64,000 bases of DNA, from NCBI GenBank assembly GCA_964016885.1, contig OZ024743.1, forward strand, positions 223,014,001 through 223,078,000. Reading direction: 5' to 3'. The stretch is from Eledone cirrhosa. Lineage: Eukaryota. A program made the position numbers and the translations under genes. The notes below the pieces were generated by a model. The model saw only the letters and a program-made list of their open reading frames with translations. It was not told the origin of the DNA and ran no database searches. Positions 1-15,100 of the stretch are shown piece after piece; position 1 is the stretch's first letter, and each line of letters starts with the position of its first letter.

Positions 1-163
1 CTCCTTTACTATAGGAACTTGTGCCATATGTATTAGCGCCTGTACCCCAATAGCCAGTGCTGGAATCAGTGGTGCTTCCATAGTTACTGTACATCCCTTC
101 ATATTGACCTGTGGTCGAGGTGGTAGTGTTGTTTCCAGAATAGCTATCAGAATAACCTGACTG
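1..163 (-). CDS. RAVER1/2: RAVER-like exon, truncated by window edge ((Q)SGYSDSYSGNN...YGTSSYSKG)
   Basis: Pyrimidine tract then AAGCAG tandem acceptor; open S/Y/G/T-rich frame to position 1. Confidence 0.8.
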
Positions 164-3100
164 CTTTAAAATTGGAAGAATAAAAAGAATAAAAACAAAA
201 TGTAAAGAGAACAATTCAATAGGGGCCAAACACTCAGGTATAGTGGGAAATAGAGGCGGGGGGGGGGGGGGGGGGGGGATGAAATTTACAGTCCACACAT
301 ATGGACTCCTACGAAGTTGAATCTCACAGGACTGGGTGTCCTCTATCATTATAACACCTAAGAAACCTATCATGAAAAGCAACATGAAATGAGGTGTCTT
401 GCTCAAGAGTATAGTGAGTTTTTATGATCAAAATTTTACGCAAAAACTAGGGAGTTGCATTATTCACAAGTATTTCTTTGGAGAGGTGGCTACCCATGTA
501 TTTTCAGTAGCTCCATCATATATTCTTGTTACAATTGGCTAACCTTTTAAGGGATCTTCTTCAATATATCTGGGTGGCTGTGTACAAAATCATGGAAACT
601 AGGGAAAGTACATAGGGTTAGGGTACAGCTGAAAAAATATAACAAGATAGTTTGGTTAATTACTGATACTTATGTACAAAAAGACTCAGTACTGGAATGT
701 TCCACTATAATAGGCCTACAAGTACTACAAAAGCCCCAGTATTTTCATGAAAACAGTCAGGCATAAAATAGATTTATACATGAGTATATATGGTAGCTCT
801 TTCAAATCTGTTACAAGCACACATACATGTCACCATCATCATTATCTTTATATTTTTTCATGCTGGCATGGGTTATCATAGACTATGCCTATATTTATAT
901 CGGAGCTATAGTCACCCTAGATGGGCTGGGTGGGCCACATCCCACATTTGTTCTGGTTTCTGGCAAGTTTTGACAATTAAATACTCTTCCTTGCACCAAA
1001 TAAATTTACAAAGTATAACGGGTGCATTTTATCATAGCATTAGTATTAGTGAGGGTGTTATATTCTAGATACAACTGAAGAGTCCTCCAAACTCTTTGTT
1101 TGACAGGTTTTCTACAGCTAAATACTTTTCCTAACACCAACTATTTTACAGTGGCACATTAAATTGTTTATGTGTAATTCTATCAAAATAGAAACATACA
1201 AGAAACAAGTTTTAAAGAAGCATCAAAAAGAAATACATACTGAGTAGCTAGTTCCCAAGTCTTTGTTATAATAGTCAGAAGTTGTCTGGCTTTTAGCAGT
1301 GTTATAGGCATCTTCATTCCCTTCACTTTGGTCATAATAGTTAGAATAAGTCTGAAAATTTGTAACAAAAACATAAACATTAAAGTAGGAAGTTTGATAC
1401 ATTAACAGAGGCAGTAAGTTATTATTTTGTCTGATTAGCCATGACTGTTTCATTGTTGATCCTAGTTTAATGCTTCTCATATAAAACTGCCTGAAACTGG
1501 ACTTGGTTTTATGATATAAAGCAGTTTGTTTTAAAGTGTTCTTGTTAAAATTTAAATCTTTCATCCCAATTGCATGTAAGAACCTTTGTTACGTTATGTT
1601 CCAAACATGAGTTTAATAATGTAAAGTTAGTTATATTACTAAATCCCTCCAAATTCTTGATTATTTTCAAAATTGTTTGAAAATCATAGGCAGTGTATTT
1701 CATTAGAAAGATAGCAATGAATGGGTTAAATGATAAAGCAATGGGATTTCTTATTTTTATATCAAAGAATATACACAGTAGATTGGCAGAATCATAAGAA
1801 TGTTGGTCAAAATGCTTGTAATATCTAGTTACAACCTTTTGTCATCCATCCCATTTGGGGGTTGATAAAAGTACCAGTCAAATATTAGGGTCTATTAAAT
1901 ATTTCTATAAGGTATCCTAGATGCAAATAGAAATTGTAATCAAGAAGACTAAAAATTAGGTTGTCTGTTTGTTAAAAATAGATATAAATAGTATATTCTT
2001 GTCGAAATAGAAAGAGAAAGATTTGGAATTTGGATAGGTTCACCAAATCACCAGGAGATATCCTTGTGTGAAATCAAAAGGAAGAATAATTTACAATTTA
2101 AAACAACTGGGTGAGAAAAATATATTTATTCCCTTCCATAACTGAACAGACTTAAAGTGGAATCAAATTACAAACTAAAATTAAACCTGTAATTAGGTAA
2201 GACAAATATTTTAATTAACCGATGAAGACAATTAATGCAAGCCTGCACTGCACATTCCTGAAATATATAGGACACCTAGTAACTAAAAATGAAAGTTGAA
2301 TTCAATAATGAAAAAAATATTTATTGACAAGGCTTGCATGATAAAAACAAAAGTTGTAAATTGAATATAATTTAAAGTGATAGATGATTTATGCTTTGGA
2401 ACATTCAGAAACATATATAACTGAATCTTTAACCAATTTCATACTAAACGATCTGTGGCTCTATAAAACAAAGTAGTTTATTCTAAAGTTTATATTTTTC
2501 TAAAACTCTTTCATCATAATTCGAGGTAAGCAACTTTATTAAATTATGTTCCAAAAAAGAAAAAAAAAAAGTTTAATAATGAGGAAGTAAGTTATATTAC
2601 TAAATCCTTCCAGTTATATTACTAAATTCCTCAAAATTATTATTTTTGAATTTATTTGAAACACATAGGCAGTGTCTTTCATTAAAAATGTAGCAAGGAC
2701 AGGGTAAAAATGTAACAAAAAATATCAATAAAATCAAATCATAGAGTGACAAAACTAACCTGATTGTCATAGTAATTATTATAGTTGTCATAATATTGGT
2801 CATTACTAGTAGTTCCATATTGGTTGCTATACATATTGCTGGAGTAATCAGTGAGGCCAGTAGTGGCACTGCTGGTTCCACTAGTAAGGGTAGTGGAAGG
2901 AACCAAACTACTGCTAGAACCAACATTGTTTCCAGTCTAGACAAAGGGAATGAAAAATCAAAAATCAAAAAAAAAAAATCAAATATTAATTGAAGAGATG
3001 TTCCATTCTCTTATATCAAAAACTCAAGCCTGAGAGATAGATTGACAGATAGAATGGAAATTTCAGCAGCTTGAAAAACAAAGTAGCTGCGTCTCTGGAT

Positions 3101-6100
3101 AAGATGGTGGTTGTGGTAATGACAGGTGCTGGTTCAAGTGTGAGTTTCAATCTTATTTATACTGAAAAAAGAACGAAATGACATTTACAGCTCACACCAA
3201 TTGTAGGTTTAGCTGGCCTCCTAGGTTTCTTGGGTGTTTTAATAATAACGGGCCCAAGTCCTATCATGAAAAGCAATGTGAAATAAAGCATTTTGCTTAA
3301 AAACAATGTTTTGCCAAGTCCAGGAACCAAACCTATGAATTTATGCCCCAAAGCACAATACCCTAATCACTAGGCCACATGCCTTTACTACTTATTTATA
3401 ATAAATATTTATGGCATGTTAGTTAGAAAATGGTCTACTATAGTTTAGTTCCCTAGGTAACCAGTGATAAATTTGGAAATATTTATATGAAAACTTAAAG
3501 AAAATACAATAACCCTTTTGATACTAACCCGACCAAAACTGCCTCTGGTTCTATGAAACAAAAGCACACATTTTAAAAGGTTCCTATTTAAATAAAAAAA
3601 ATTCCAGAGCCATTTATTAAATTGTGTTATAAATACCATGTTGATGAATTAATTATAATAGATATCTAAAAAATATTTTCATTAATTAATTAAAATACAA
3701 TGTATTTCTTTAAGAATATGGTCCCCCCAAAAGTTAAACATGAGCACAGAATCATAAAAACTAAAATCTCTATCAGCACAAACTACTTGAAAAATTCCAT
3801 CAATCCAACTCCCCAAAGATAAAAAGGAAACTTAACCATGGCAGCATTTTATCTGAGCTTCTAATAATTCTGCCAATCCACCTAATAACTAAAAATGAAT
3901 TCAACAATATTGATTGCATAAAAAAAAGAAAACAAATCTGTAGAATATGATTTAAAATGAAAGATGATTATGCAAGTACAGCAATCCCAAGCATAATGGA
4001 AAGGCTGTGATCCTGAAACTTTGGTCATAATTTTCCTATTGGTTTCCATGTTAAAAATTAAATGTGGTCTTACAGAATTTTGTTATTGTTGGGGGAATAA
4101 AATATTACAACTAATTTTATGTATGAAAAATAATCATTTTTGAAACAAACACAGTACATCATTGTTTTAATGCCTGTTTTCTCATGCTAGCATAAGTTGG
4201 ATGGGTTGTCACAAACCAAGTCAGTACTTAGAGTTACTGCTTCTCAGATGGACTGGAGGCCATGTCTCGCTTACATGGCATGGTTTCTACAGTTGGATAC
4301 TCTTCCTACCACCACTTACTTTACACAGTGTACTAGGTGCATTTTATTGTGGCACCAAAAGTAGGGAGGTTGTTATGTCTTTGACACAGCTGAAGATTCA
4401 TGTTGGCCCTTTTTTTTTTTTTGGTACAATACAATATACATAAAAACATTGGAAGATAATTACATTAGGGAACAAATAAATTTTTAGCTTTTGCCTCAAT
4501 GACCGTTATGTTATTGGCAAATTAAGTCCAATCTGATCATTGATCCACCAGGAGCTCTTTAACCTTTTTCATATCAGCGCTGCTTCTATAAAAAACTACC
4601 CATTTTTAAGTGTTCCTTCCTATCTAAATTAAAATCTTCCAACAATTATATGTTAAGTTACTATCTTAGTAATGAAATAAATAACTAATAAGTTTAGTAA
4701 ATCCCTAAAAATTCTTAATTAATTAAAATGCCATGTATTTCATTAGAAATATGGTCATGAAATGGATAAGCATCATGTAAAATCTATGACAAAACAATAT
4801 CTGGACAGATAATTGTGTAGTTTGTTGAATACGTGACCTAAATGTTTTTATCATATACTGCTCCAACTGGAGACAATGCAAGCTTTAAAATCTCTTTTAG
4901 ACTATTGCAGAGTTACCTCAGCAAAAAATTTCACACCCAAAGTAAACCATTTAACATTATCATCTTTACTTCTAGTCAATTTTTGCTGAGGAAGGATATA
5001 AAATGCAACTGACTCCTGTATACCACATAATTTAGTGCTTAGACTGAGTTCTACTACCATTTCATCTAACTTGCCACATTCATATCTAATGATTCTTTTA
5101 ATAATTGTCAGAGTAGATTTAATAGAGGAAGGTTATAATCAACTGAATAAACATTAGCAAAATGATTTAACATTGGAAGCACTACAAGGTACTAAATAAT
5201 AAATGGTTTTTAATTTTGCCATAAGGCTAGCAATTTTAAACAGAAGGGAAAGTCAATTAAATTGACCCCCAATACTTGACTAGTACCTTATCTTATCAAC
5301 CTTAGAAGGATGAAAAGTAAAGTTGAACCCAGTAGAATTTGAATTTAGAATATAAAAGGTCATGATGAAATGCTACAAAGTATTTTCTCTGCAGCTGTAA
5401 TGATTCTGCCAATCCACTGCCCCCGAGTTACCAAAAAATGATTTTTAATTTAGGCACAAAGCCAGAAATTTTGTGAGGGAGGGATAAATCAGTTGCATCG
5501 GTCCCAGTGCTTCACTTATATGAATACATAGTGTAAAGAACTGTAACTAAATGCTGTAAAGAATTTTGTCCAACACACAACGATTCTGCCAATCCACCAC
5601 CTATAGTACAAATAATGATGAATTTTACTTAAGGCTAAATGGATCCAAATCATAATAGTAGCGAGAACAACAATATTGATTAAATGGTTTGAAGAATAAT
5701 ATGGCAGTGAACAATGAATACATATAATAAACAATGAGTGTGAATTATAAGAAAAGAAAATAAGAGATGTTTAAAAAGGGAATATTTACCTGATAGTTGT
5801 AGCTTGAACTATACTGTCCAGATCGAGGCTGGCTGCTGTAACTTGAACTCCCACGGGTCGTTGAATAACCAGAGGATATTCTATCATACAAGTAACTGCC
5901 AGAGGATTGAGTTGATTGGCTTGCTTCTGGTTCATTCAATAGACTGCTTCTCTTGGATGTATCATAGCTGTATGAACCCCCACTCAACCTCTGCGAAGTT
6001 GTATCACCGTAGTTCCTAGTGTCAGTGGTGTAAGAACTGTTAAGAGATCCAGATCTACCAGCTGAGAATGAGGGACTGGAATTGGTCTTATTTGCTGGTG

Positions 6101-9100
6101 GAGGACTCCCAAGCAATGAACCTGCTGCCATCATGGCATTCTTGTCTTTGCTGGCTGGTGGGGTTCTTTGGTTAGAGTTGGCATTGCCTTTATTAGAGGC
6201 CATCTGTTGAGCTGCAGCTAGAACTTGTAAATTACGCATAAAATTAGCAGCTGCTACCATATTTTGATTAAAGTTTCCAAAGCCTGGAGAAGCACCAGAT
6301 TTTTGATTAGGGTTAGGAAGGAGACCTGGCTTACCAATAGCATTGGCTAGAGATGGAATATTCATATTTGGTGAGCCACCCCAGTTGCTTTTCTGCTGTT
6401 GGTTAGGAGTGAAAGGACTAGTTTGGGGTGCATTCTTATCCCCTCCTTGGCTGAGGTTAGCAGCCAATCCTTGCAGGTTATTACTGTTCTGCATAGTGCT
6501 CATTAACTGACCAAGAGCCATCAGTTGCTGGATGTTCAAGTTTTGAATTTTCTGAACATCAGAACCTGGAGCCTGGTTAAATGGTGCCTTCACTGGTTTT
6601 TGTATAGGACTGCTTGCTTCACTGAAGTTGATAGGTAGAGGAGGAGTCACTTCTGGTATCGGTTTTCTAGTGGGAGCTCCCTTTTTGTCATCTGTTGAAG
6701 GTTCTTTGTTCATTTGAGACATTAAATTCTGAACAAGGATGTTAGCTTGAGCAGTCATAGGGTCACCCAGGAGTGAAGGCTTCTGTCCTTTGAGGACAGC
6801 TTGGAAGTTGGACTATGCAAAAGATTGAGAAAAAAATTATCTAGAAATATAGATGAAACACTGAAATTCAGCAAACTTATACAAGAACAACATACAAGTG
6901 TTTTATAGCCATTTTCCTTGCTAAAGCAAGGGTTAGCCTTGTTGAACCCCATAACAAACTTTATATACATCATGAGGTACTTTTTTAGGAAGCGTTTTAC
7001 AACAGAATGTCCTTTCAGGTACCAACCTTTTAATCATCTATTACAGCACAGGAAAATAAAAAATAAAACTTACATCCTCCTGACAGTCTTATAAGTCAAC
7101 TACCAGACACACTAATTAGATCGTTGTTGTTACAGTTCATAGCAGTTTCTCAGGTGCTTTAACCCATTAGCATTTAAACAGGCTATATCCAGCCAGAATT
7201 CTCTCACTTCTTTCTGTTCGAATCAGCTGTAACTGGCTGCTCATACTGATGTTAGGGTATAGTTCACAAAATAAATAACATCAAAATCTCATAGATTCTA
7301 TATTATGTAAGATAAAGCTTTTACCGTGAAAATACAATAGTAAATGTAGTGTAATGTAAATGCTAAAGGGTTAATGATAGGGGCTCAGTCTTATCAGAAC
7401 CTCCTCCATGCCAGATGCTAGTTCATTGCTGGGGTTAGCTCCCAGCTCCAGATGGTACTCTATTTTCAACTGACTAGACTGGAGCAATATGTAACAAAGT
7501 ATTTTGCTCAAGGGCACAACATGCCATTCAGTTCAGAAATTGAACCTACAAACTTATGTTTGTGAGTCCAACACCCTAACAACTAGGTCATGTACCTTAA
7601 CTATTAAGATTAGCAATAGAAGACTCCACAATATGAGGAAAAGGTAACTAATGATGGTACCATTAGTGAAATATAACAGAATTTGAACAAAAAAATAAGA
7701 CAAAAACCCAGTTATTAGAGGGAGAGCAGCTGTGAGGTCCAAGTGCCAGATTAATACTATGTGGCCAACAGTTTAAATGTTACCACTACAACCATGGTGT
7801 GTTGCAGAGTAAAACACATGATGTTTCATGCTTTAGTCTACCTGGCTGATAGCAGATTAGCCCTTGATACCAATTGGGCCCAAACTCCACCTCAGGTTCT
7901 ATGAAACAAAATCAGCCATGTTTATATTTAAAATAAAACTGGCCAACATAAGAACTTTTTATTAAATTATGTAACAAACATCATTTTCATAATTTTAGTA
8001 AATCTCTCCAAATTTTTCGTAATTACTGTATATACTTGAATATAAGCCAAGGAATATTGCCCCCCCCCCCTCCCCCCAAACTTACATTCGGTGTCAATAT
8101 TTGACAATTTTCACCAACTTCAAATTCTATGTAAATAAGCTGCTAAAATATTTGGAGTGATTATTTCACAACAAAACAGTTTTTATACATTTACTATATC
8201 AGCATGAGTTTGTTTATACAACAAATTTTTATTATTTGAACTTATTAATACATAAATGTCCCCTACACATATACACACACAAATGCACATGTGCTAACCT
8301 TTTTTTAATGTCTTAATTATACTTTTTCTTTCAAACATCTTTTGTTTTACTTCGCTTACTCTCTTCTCCTTTCTTTTTCTCACTCTGCCTCTCCTCTCAC
8401 ACTTGCTGTCTCTTCCTCCCACTTCTACTTTGAATCCTCACACAGTGTTCTCTTAGTTGACCTTTCAACTATACCCTGTTCATTTTGATCTCACCCTAGT
8501 GTTTTTAATGATCTACATAACGCTTAAAGAAAATCTAGTTTTTTAAATAATACCTTAAACTAAAAATATATCTCCATTTCTTTATATTACATTAATTTAG
8601 AATTTTCTCATACTTTTTTATTTTCTAATTATAAAGAAGTACAATTTTCTAAAATTGTGGAAGGGTGTTGTCTTGTTTTCACTTGGGAGTTTTGTACGTA
8701 GTAGATTTGTGAAACAAAAACTATACCCAAAACAACATAAAACATTATAAATATCCAATATTAAAACTTTGTAAACATTTTCTCCACTCCTGAGAATTTC
8801 AAAACTGCACCATAATGTGTGGAGTAGCAGCCTTAGCTTATAAACGGGGTTTGGATTGGCCCTTGAGTGCCTTTAGCAGAGCCCACTCTGTTGCAAGCAT
8901 TTAAGACAGGTTTCTAACTAGAGGATAATTTGATACACAGATGTGCTGCTTCTTATTACAGCAAATCAAGTTGTAATTTCTTCTTTAATTGCTCCCAATA
9001 AACCTCAGAGGTTCTGCAAAACAATAATAGGGATTGTCTTTCTTCTGATTAATCCTTTAGCATTTAAACCAGCTGTATCCAGCCAATATTCTCTCACCTC

Positions 9101-12100
9101 TTTCTGCTCATAAAGATGTTAGGGTATTGTTCTCAAAATAAATAATATCAAAATCTTATAGATTTGATATTATGTGAAATAATTACGTAAAGTAAAGCCT
9201 TTACCATGAAAATATAATGGTAAATATAGAGTAATGTAAATGCTAAAGGGTTAAACTGTTAAAAACTAAATATTTATAACAGTCATGGCTAAACTGCAAA
9301 CCATTTGGCTTTCTAAATGGCATGCCTAATTTCACAATTGCCTTGAATTTTTTTAGAAGCGCAGCCCACTTTATGATGGACCACATCCTATGTAGCCCAC
9401 TGCTTAAAAATGTCACCCATGCCTGATTTATACAATATGGAGATACCCAACTTTTACAAAAGAGGTTACTGTGTTGATAAAGGAGGGGGAGGGGCCATTA
9501 GAATAATTTTTTTAATTTAGGTACAAAGTGTATCAAAATATATTTACATGTTCTAGAGTGTACCATGAATAAAACAAGTTTGGAACAAATGTTCGAATGC
9601 AAGTTTCTTTTATGTAACTTTACAGTGAAGCAGTAGACCACAACCACTTTTCTCTCACCACAAACAAAATAAACAGGACGGTTAGTTTTCATTGTTAAAA
9701 GTATGTTTAGGTCTAATTACGTAACAAAGCAGTGAGAGCTACCTCAATACATCTCAAAAAACATACATACAAGATAGTGAGGTAACATTTAATCTGTCAT
9801 TCTATATACTCAGAACTATATATATTCTGCCATCCATTATCCTTCAATAATAATAATACATTTTTGAGAAAAACACGCTGCAACAAATCTTGGGACAAAG
9901 ATTTAACTGACTTAAGTTGAGTGATACCTATTCTATAAGTCACAGAATCTGAGCTAAGAATTGTCAGATTGATTTCTGTGCCAAGTCAACTTCTACACCA
10001 CAACTTATGTTAAGCTGAAATAGATTTTAAATGGGAAAACAAAGAGACAAAGAACTGAGAAAGAAAGAGAAAATTGCTGTTAATATGAAAGAAGAAAATA
10101 ATATAAAAGATAAAAACCAACAAAGAAAAAGCAGTGAAATCCAAAGACAGAAACAATGGGAAGAAAAGACAGAATGAAGGAAGGAATGTTAAATAGGGAA
10201 AGTTTGTGGGGTTTGGGTAAATGGAGGAAAGCTTTGTGACAATCTTTTGTATTAGGTATATGAGATGTAAACAATGATTTTGACATTTTCCGGAAGTTAC
10301 CCATGCCACCCCCAACTTCACACATCTATATCTAAACATATAATATTGGGTATGAATCAAAGTTGTAGCCGCAATATAGCAGGTACTGATCAAATTGTTT
10401 GAGGCAATCCCAAAGCACTCAATGGGGCGAGAAGTTAATACATTACCGTCCAGAGTAAACACAAAATTTGATAAAGTGTGACACCAAAAAAAACAACCAA
10501 AGGCAGTGGCCATACTTATACCACAACAACGATAAATACAAATAGGCTGAATATTAACCTGAACCATCTTGAGTTGATAGAAATCGCTAAAAATCTTCAA
10601 TAGGTATATATATATATATATATATACTTGGGGAGGGTCATATTTGTGTAATAATATTGCCAGAATTAATAACAGAACACACTCACTGTTTGGTTGGTTT
10701 TCGATTCTGTGTCTTTTATATCGGTTACTTTAATTTATTCAGTCCTCAATGTTACCATTGACTGACCAACGGTTAAAAATACAGATACAATATAGACACA
10801 AACATATATTTGGTCTAACAAAGTTCTTTCGTTGCACATCTGCAACCAAACAGTGAGTGTGTTCTGTTATTAATTCTGGCAATATTATTACACAAATATG
10901 ACCCTCCCCAAGTATAACAATATTTGTTTCGACACACGATTTCATATCAAAAACCTCGCAAAACTAATATATATATATACATATATATATATATTTAATT
11001 TCAAACACTTTCTTTTATTAATAAAACAAATTCTCTTGCAGTTATGTGAAAAAGACATCATTTAATGGCCATGAATCTTGTGATATTTCCTTTCCTTTTA
11101 CTAATCAATCATTCAGAATTTACATACACAGATCAATTCTATTTATTTTATTACTGTTGTTGGCAATGGTATTTAATGAGCAAAATAACAAAAAAAAACA
11201 AAAACTTACAAACAATGGAGGGATTAGTAAAAGGAAATATTAAAAATTAAATATATATGTGTATATGAATGTATGTGTATGTCGTATAGACATGCTACTT
11301 CCAGAAAATGTTGGACCCATTGTTTACATCGCGTTGACTTCATATGAAAGATTGCAGAGTTTAGAAATGGGGAAAGGATTAGTGAAGTTAAAAATTAACT
11401 CTTCTGATACCAAACTGCCCATGGCTTTTAAGATACAAAACAAATTGTTTTAAAGAGAGTTCAAATTCTGCTGAGGTCAACTTTGCCTTTCATCCATTCA
11501 AGGTCGATAAAAAAAGTATCAGTCTAGTATTGGGGTCAATTCTTCCTTTATTTCTCTTTCTTACTTCCATTCTCTCACTCTCTTTCCTTCTCTGGAAGAA
11601 ATCTGCTGTATTCAGACCTGGAGAGAATTGGGTTCCACCCGGTTTTTTAAATTGGCCAAGAAACCCTTACGTCAATACAGCGCCCCTATGACTCCCTCAA
11701 GTATTACGGAACCATGCATGCATGCACATTGTCACAGAGGCATATATTTGTAGGGAAGAAGTACAGTAGATGAACTCAACCACTGTACACAAGTAATACT
11801 TATTTTATTGACCCTGGAAGATTTGAATTCAAAACAGTGGAATTAAATACACCACTATTAAAGATTTACTCCATTGTTCAAAAAAAAAAAACTCAACTCA
11901 TGCCTATGCAGGTTTATCTGACCTACAAGGATGTCTCTCATTGAAAGTGTTTTCGGGTGATTTAATGATATTGGCCCTAGTCTTATAATGAAAAGTAACA
12001 TAAAATGAAGTGTCTTGCCCAAGAATATAATGCGCCACCCTGTCCAAGAATTGAACCAAAGACCTTATGATTGTGTGTATAACAGCTTAACCATTGGGCC

Positions 12101-15100
12101 ATGAACTAGGGATAAGAGATATTATGAATGAAAACAATAGAAATAGCCCATGCAGAAGTGGAAATACAAAATGCACAGAGTACTATGTATATATACAAGT
12201 ACCGAATGCAGGAAATAGAAATCATGCTAAGGAATAAACATGAAAAATCTGTTAAACTTTTGATAGTGAATAGAATATTAGGCTTTTTAGATCTTTATTC
12301 TGATATATGCATGTAGTATGTGCACTTATGTGTGTATGCACACACACACACACACACATACATACATACACATATATAATATATATCATATATCATATAT
12401 ATATATATCGACACAGTATGGCCAAATGGTTAAGAAGTTCACTTTGCAATCATAAGATCCCAAGCTCAATCCCCCTGTGTGACAACTTTAATAACTTTAC
12501 TACCATAGCCTTGGGTTCACCAAATCATGCGAATAAAATAAGTTAGACAGAAAGTCCTTCGAAGCCTGTTGGATAGACTGCTAGCAATTCAAAGGGCCAG
12601 CCATGTTACACATTGTGTAATGCAAAATCTCTGATAATTACATTAATGCTACATGTGACTGTTGAAGGCTTCCATGCTAATTTCTTAAGTAGTCTCTTCT
12701 ATTGATTGAATACATGGAACATGCAGTGTTGACACCAACAAGGGTATATGTCTCTGTATATTACTATCATTATAACATCCATTTTCCCCATACTGCCACA
12801 TGTTGCTCATAGCCACTTATGATCCTTTGACTTCTTGATAGAGGCCTAGATGTTTTTTAAATCTAAATTTAACCAGTTTGCTATCAATCAAGCTAAAACC
12901 ACCCTGCATTTCATGATACAAAACTGCTAATTTTAAAGTGTTTATATATTTAAACCAAAATCTTCCAACATAATTTTATCTAAAAAATGTTTGTTCCATA
13001 ATAATGTTAGTTATTTTGCAAAAGTTTTCCAAATAGTAGGTGGTGTCTTTCACTACAAATATGTTAATGAAATGAGTTAACATTTCTTCCCTAAACTTTA
13101 TCTTAAAGTGTATATTTGTCTAAAAACTTTCCAACATAATAATTATTTCTACTTTAGGCACAAGGCCAGCAATTTTTTGGGAAGGGAAATCGATTAAATC
13201 GACCCCAGTGCATTACCTCTGCTTTACTTATTGACCCCCATAAGGATAAAAGACAAAACTAACATCGGCAAGATTTGAACTCAGAACACAAAGGACCGTA
13301 ACTCTATGCTGTGAAGCATGTTGTCCGACACTCTATTGATACTGCCAATCCACTGTCCTACCTTCGAACTTAGTAATGAGAAAGTTAGTTATATGACTAA
13401 ATCCATCCAAATTCTCGAATATTTTCAAAATCACCTGAAAACCATGGGCAGTGTTTTTCATTAGAAAGCATTAATGATTTAGCTATTATAACACATCACA
13501 TGATAGTCATCATCACCATAAAGTAAACCATCAAATCCACAGACTTACAAGTTAATCACTACTTCCACCAACTACTGAACTTACATATATTGAAATATTG
13601 AAAAGATAAAACTTCGAGGAAAGTGATGAAGAAAGAAAGGAAAAAAAAGATGGTAAAGTTATAATAGACAAAGCAAATGTTTCTCATTTGAGCAAAGAGG
13701 ATAGAGGAAAGGAAAATAAAAGTTACATCCGAAGGCATTTGACCAGTGACTTAATATATTGTCCAGTTTGAACTGCGGCAATTTAGCAATTTACCTGTTC
13801 TCCAACTGAAGTGAGCAGATTGAGTTGGTTGGCCAGTGGTCCAGTGAACTAAGAGGAAGACAGAAAGATAAAACTACTTTAAGAAATAAACAATATCTAT
13901 ACACTATACACCCCTTTTTTGTAACCACATCAACCAGAACCAACATTATATTCACCCAGTTTCAGCATCTTTCTTGGGTGTTGTTTATGTGTTAACACTT
14001 CGGATACCAAACCACCTGACCTCGCTCCTGGTTCTACAATACTAGGCTGTTTGTTTCAACGTGACACCCTTTTTTTGTAACCGCATCAACCAGAACCAAC
14101 ATTATATTCAGCCAGTTTCAGCATGTTTCTTGGGTGTTGTTTATGTGTTAACACTTCGGATACCAATCCACCTGACCTCGCTTCTTGTTCTACAATACTA
14201 GGCTGTTTGTTTCAACGTGTTTATCATCATCATCATTATCATTATTGTTTAACGACCATTTTCCATGTTAGCATGGGTTAGACGAGTTGTCTTGTGCGAT
14301 AAAGTCAGTGACCATATCTTGCTCATACAGAATTGTTTATATTTATCTAACTGAACTGTTATATTTATCTAAAAAGCCTCCATCATAATTTTGTGTAAGA
14401 ACTTTTTGTTAAGTTATCATTGAAACACCTGCTTAATAACAAGAACGTTTCTTTACAAAATCGGCCCAACTTCTTGATTATTTTCAAAATTATTTCAAAA
14501 TCATAGATAGAATCTTCCATTAGAAATCTGGTATCAAAACTTTTATAATATAACACGGATAGCATAATGTTGTTAATGTGTTAATATAACACACAACCAG
14601 CAGTGTATTACTTATGTACAAACACAAGACATATAGAACAAGGTGTTCTTTATATATCAACATAACACATATAGTATAAGGGTGTTGTTTATGTGTTATA
14701 TAATAGCACATAGAACATAGCATGTTATTAATGTGTAAATGTGTTACATCTACACAATGACAACATACTAATGTTCTATGTGTTAATATAACACAGAGCA
14801 TAGGTTTGTTAATGTGTTAACACACAACACATATAGAATAAGCTGTTGTTAATGTGTTAATACAACAAACAACAAATAGCCTAAGGTGTTATTGATGAGT
14901 TAAAGTAACACGTAACACATAAAAAGATCGTTGGGAAAAACACCAACTTGTGATAATTCAATTCAATGACAGAGCTAAAAACACGATACATCCACCAGTG
15001 TGTATGTGTATATATATAGAGAGAGTTTGCAGTGCTGAGACTGAGGAGACAACTAATCACAGGAGTACTCAATGCATGGAGATATGCAGAGTGGGTATAG

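Noticed and set aside
259-278. Long G homopolymer (also ~31252-31269) as a G-quadruplex regulator
   Set aside because: C-run on the transcribed strand; homopolymer lengths are unreliable and there is no further support.
2600-2968. 122-aa hydrophobic ORF
   Set aside because: Alternative frame of the real 2936-2760 exon; splice phase selects the S/T/Y/N-rich frame.
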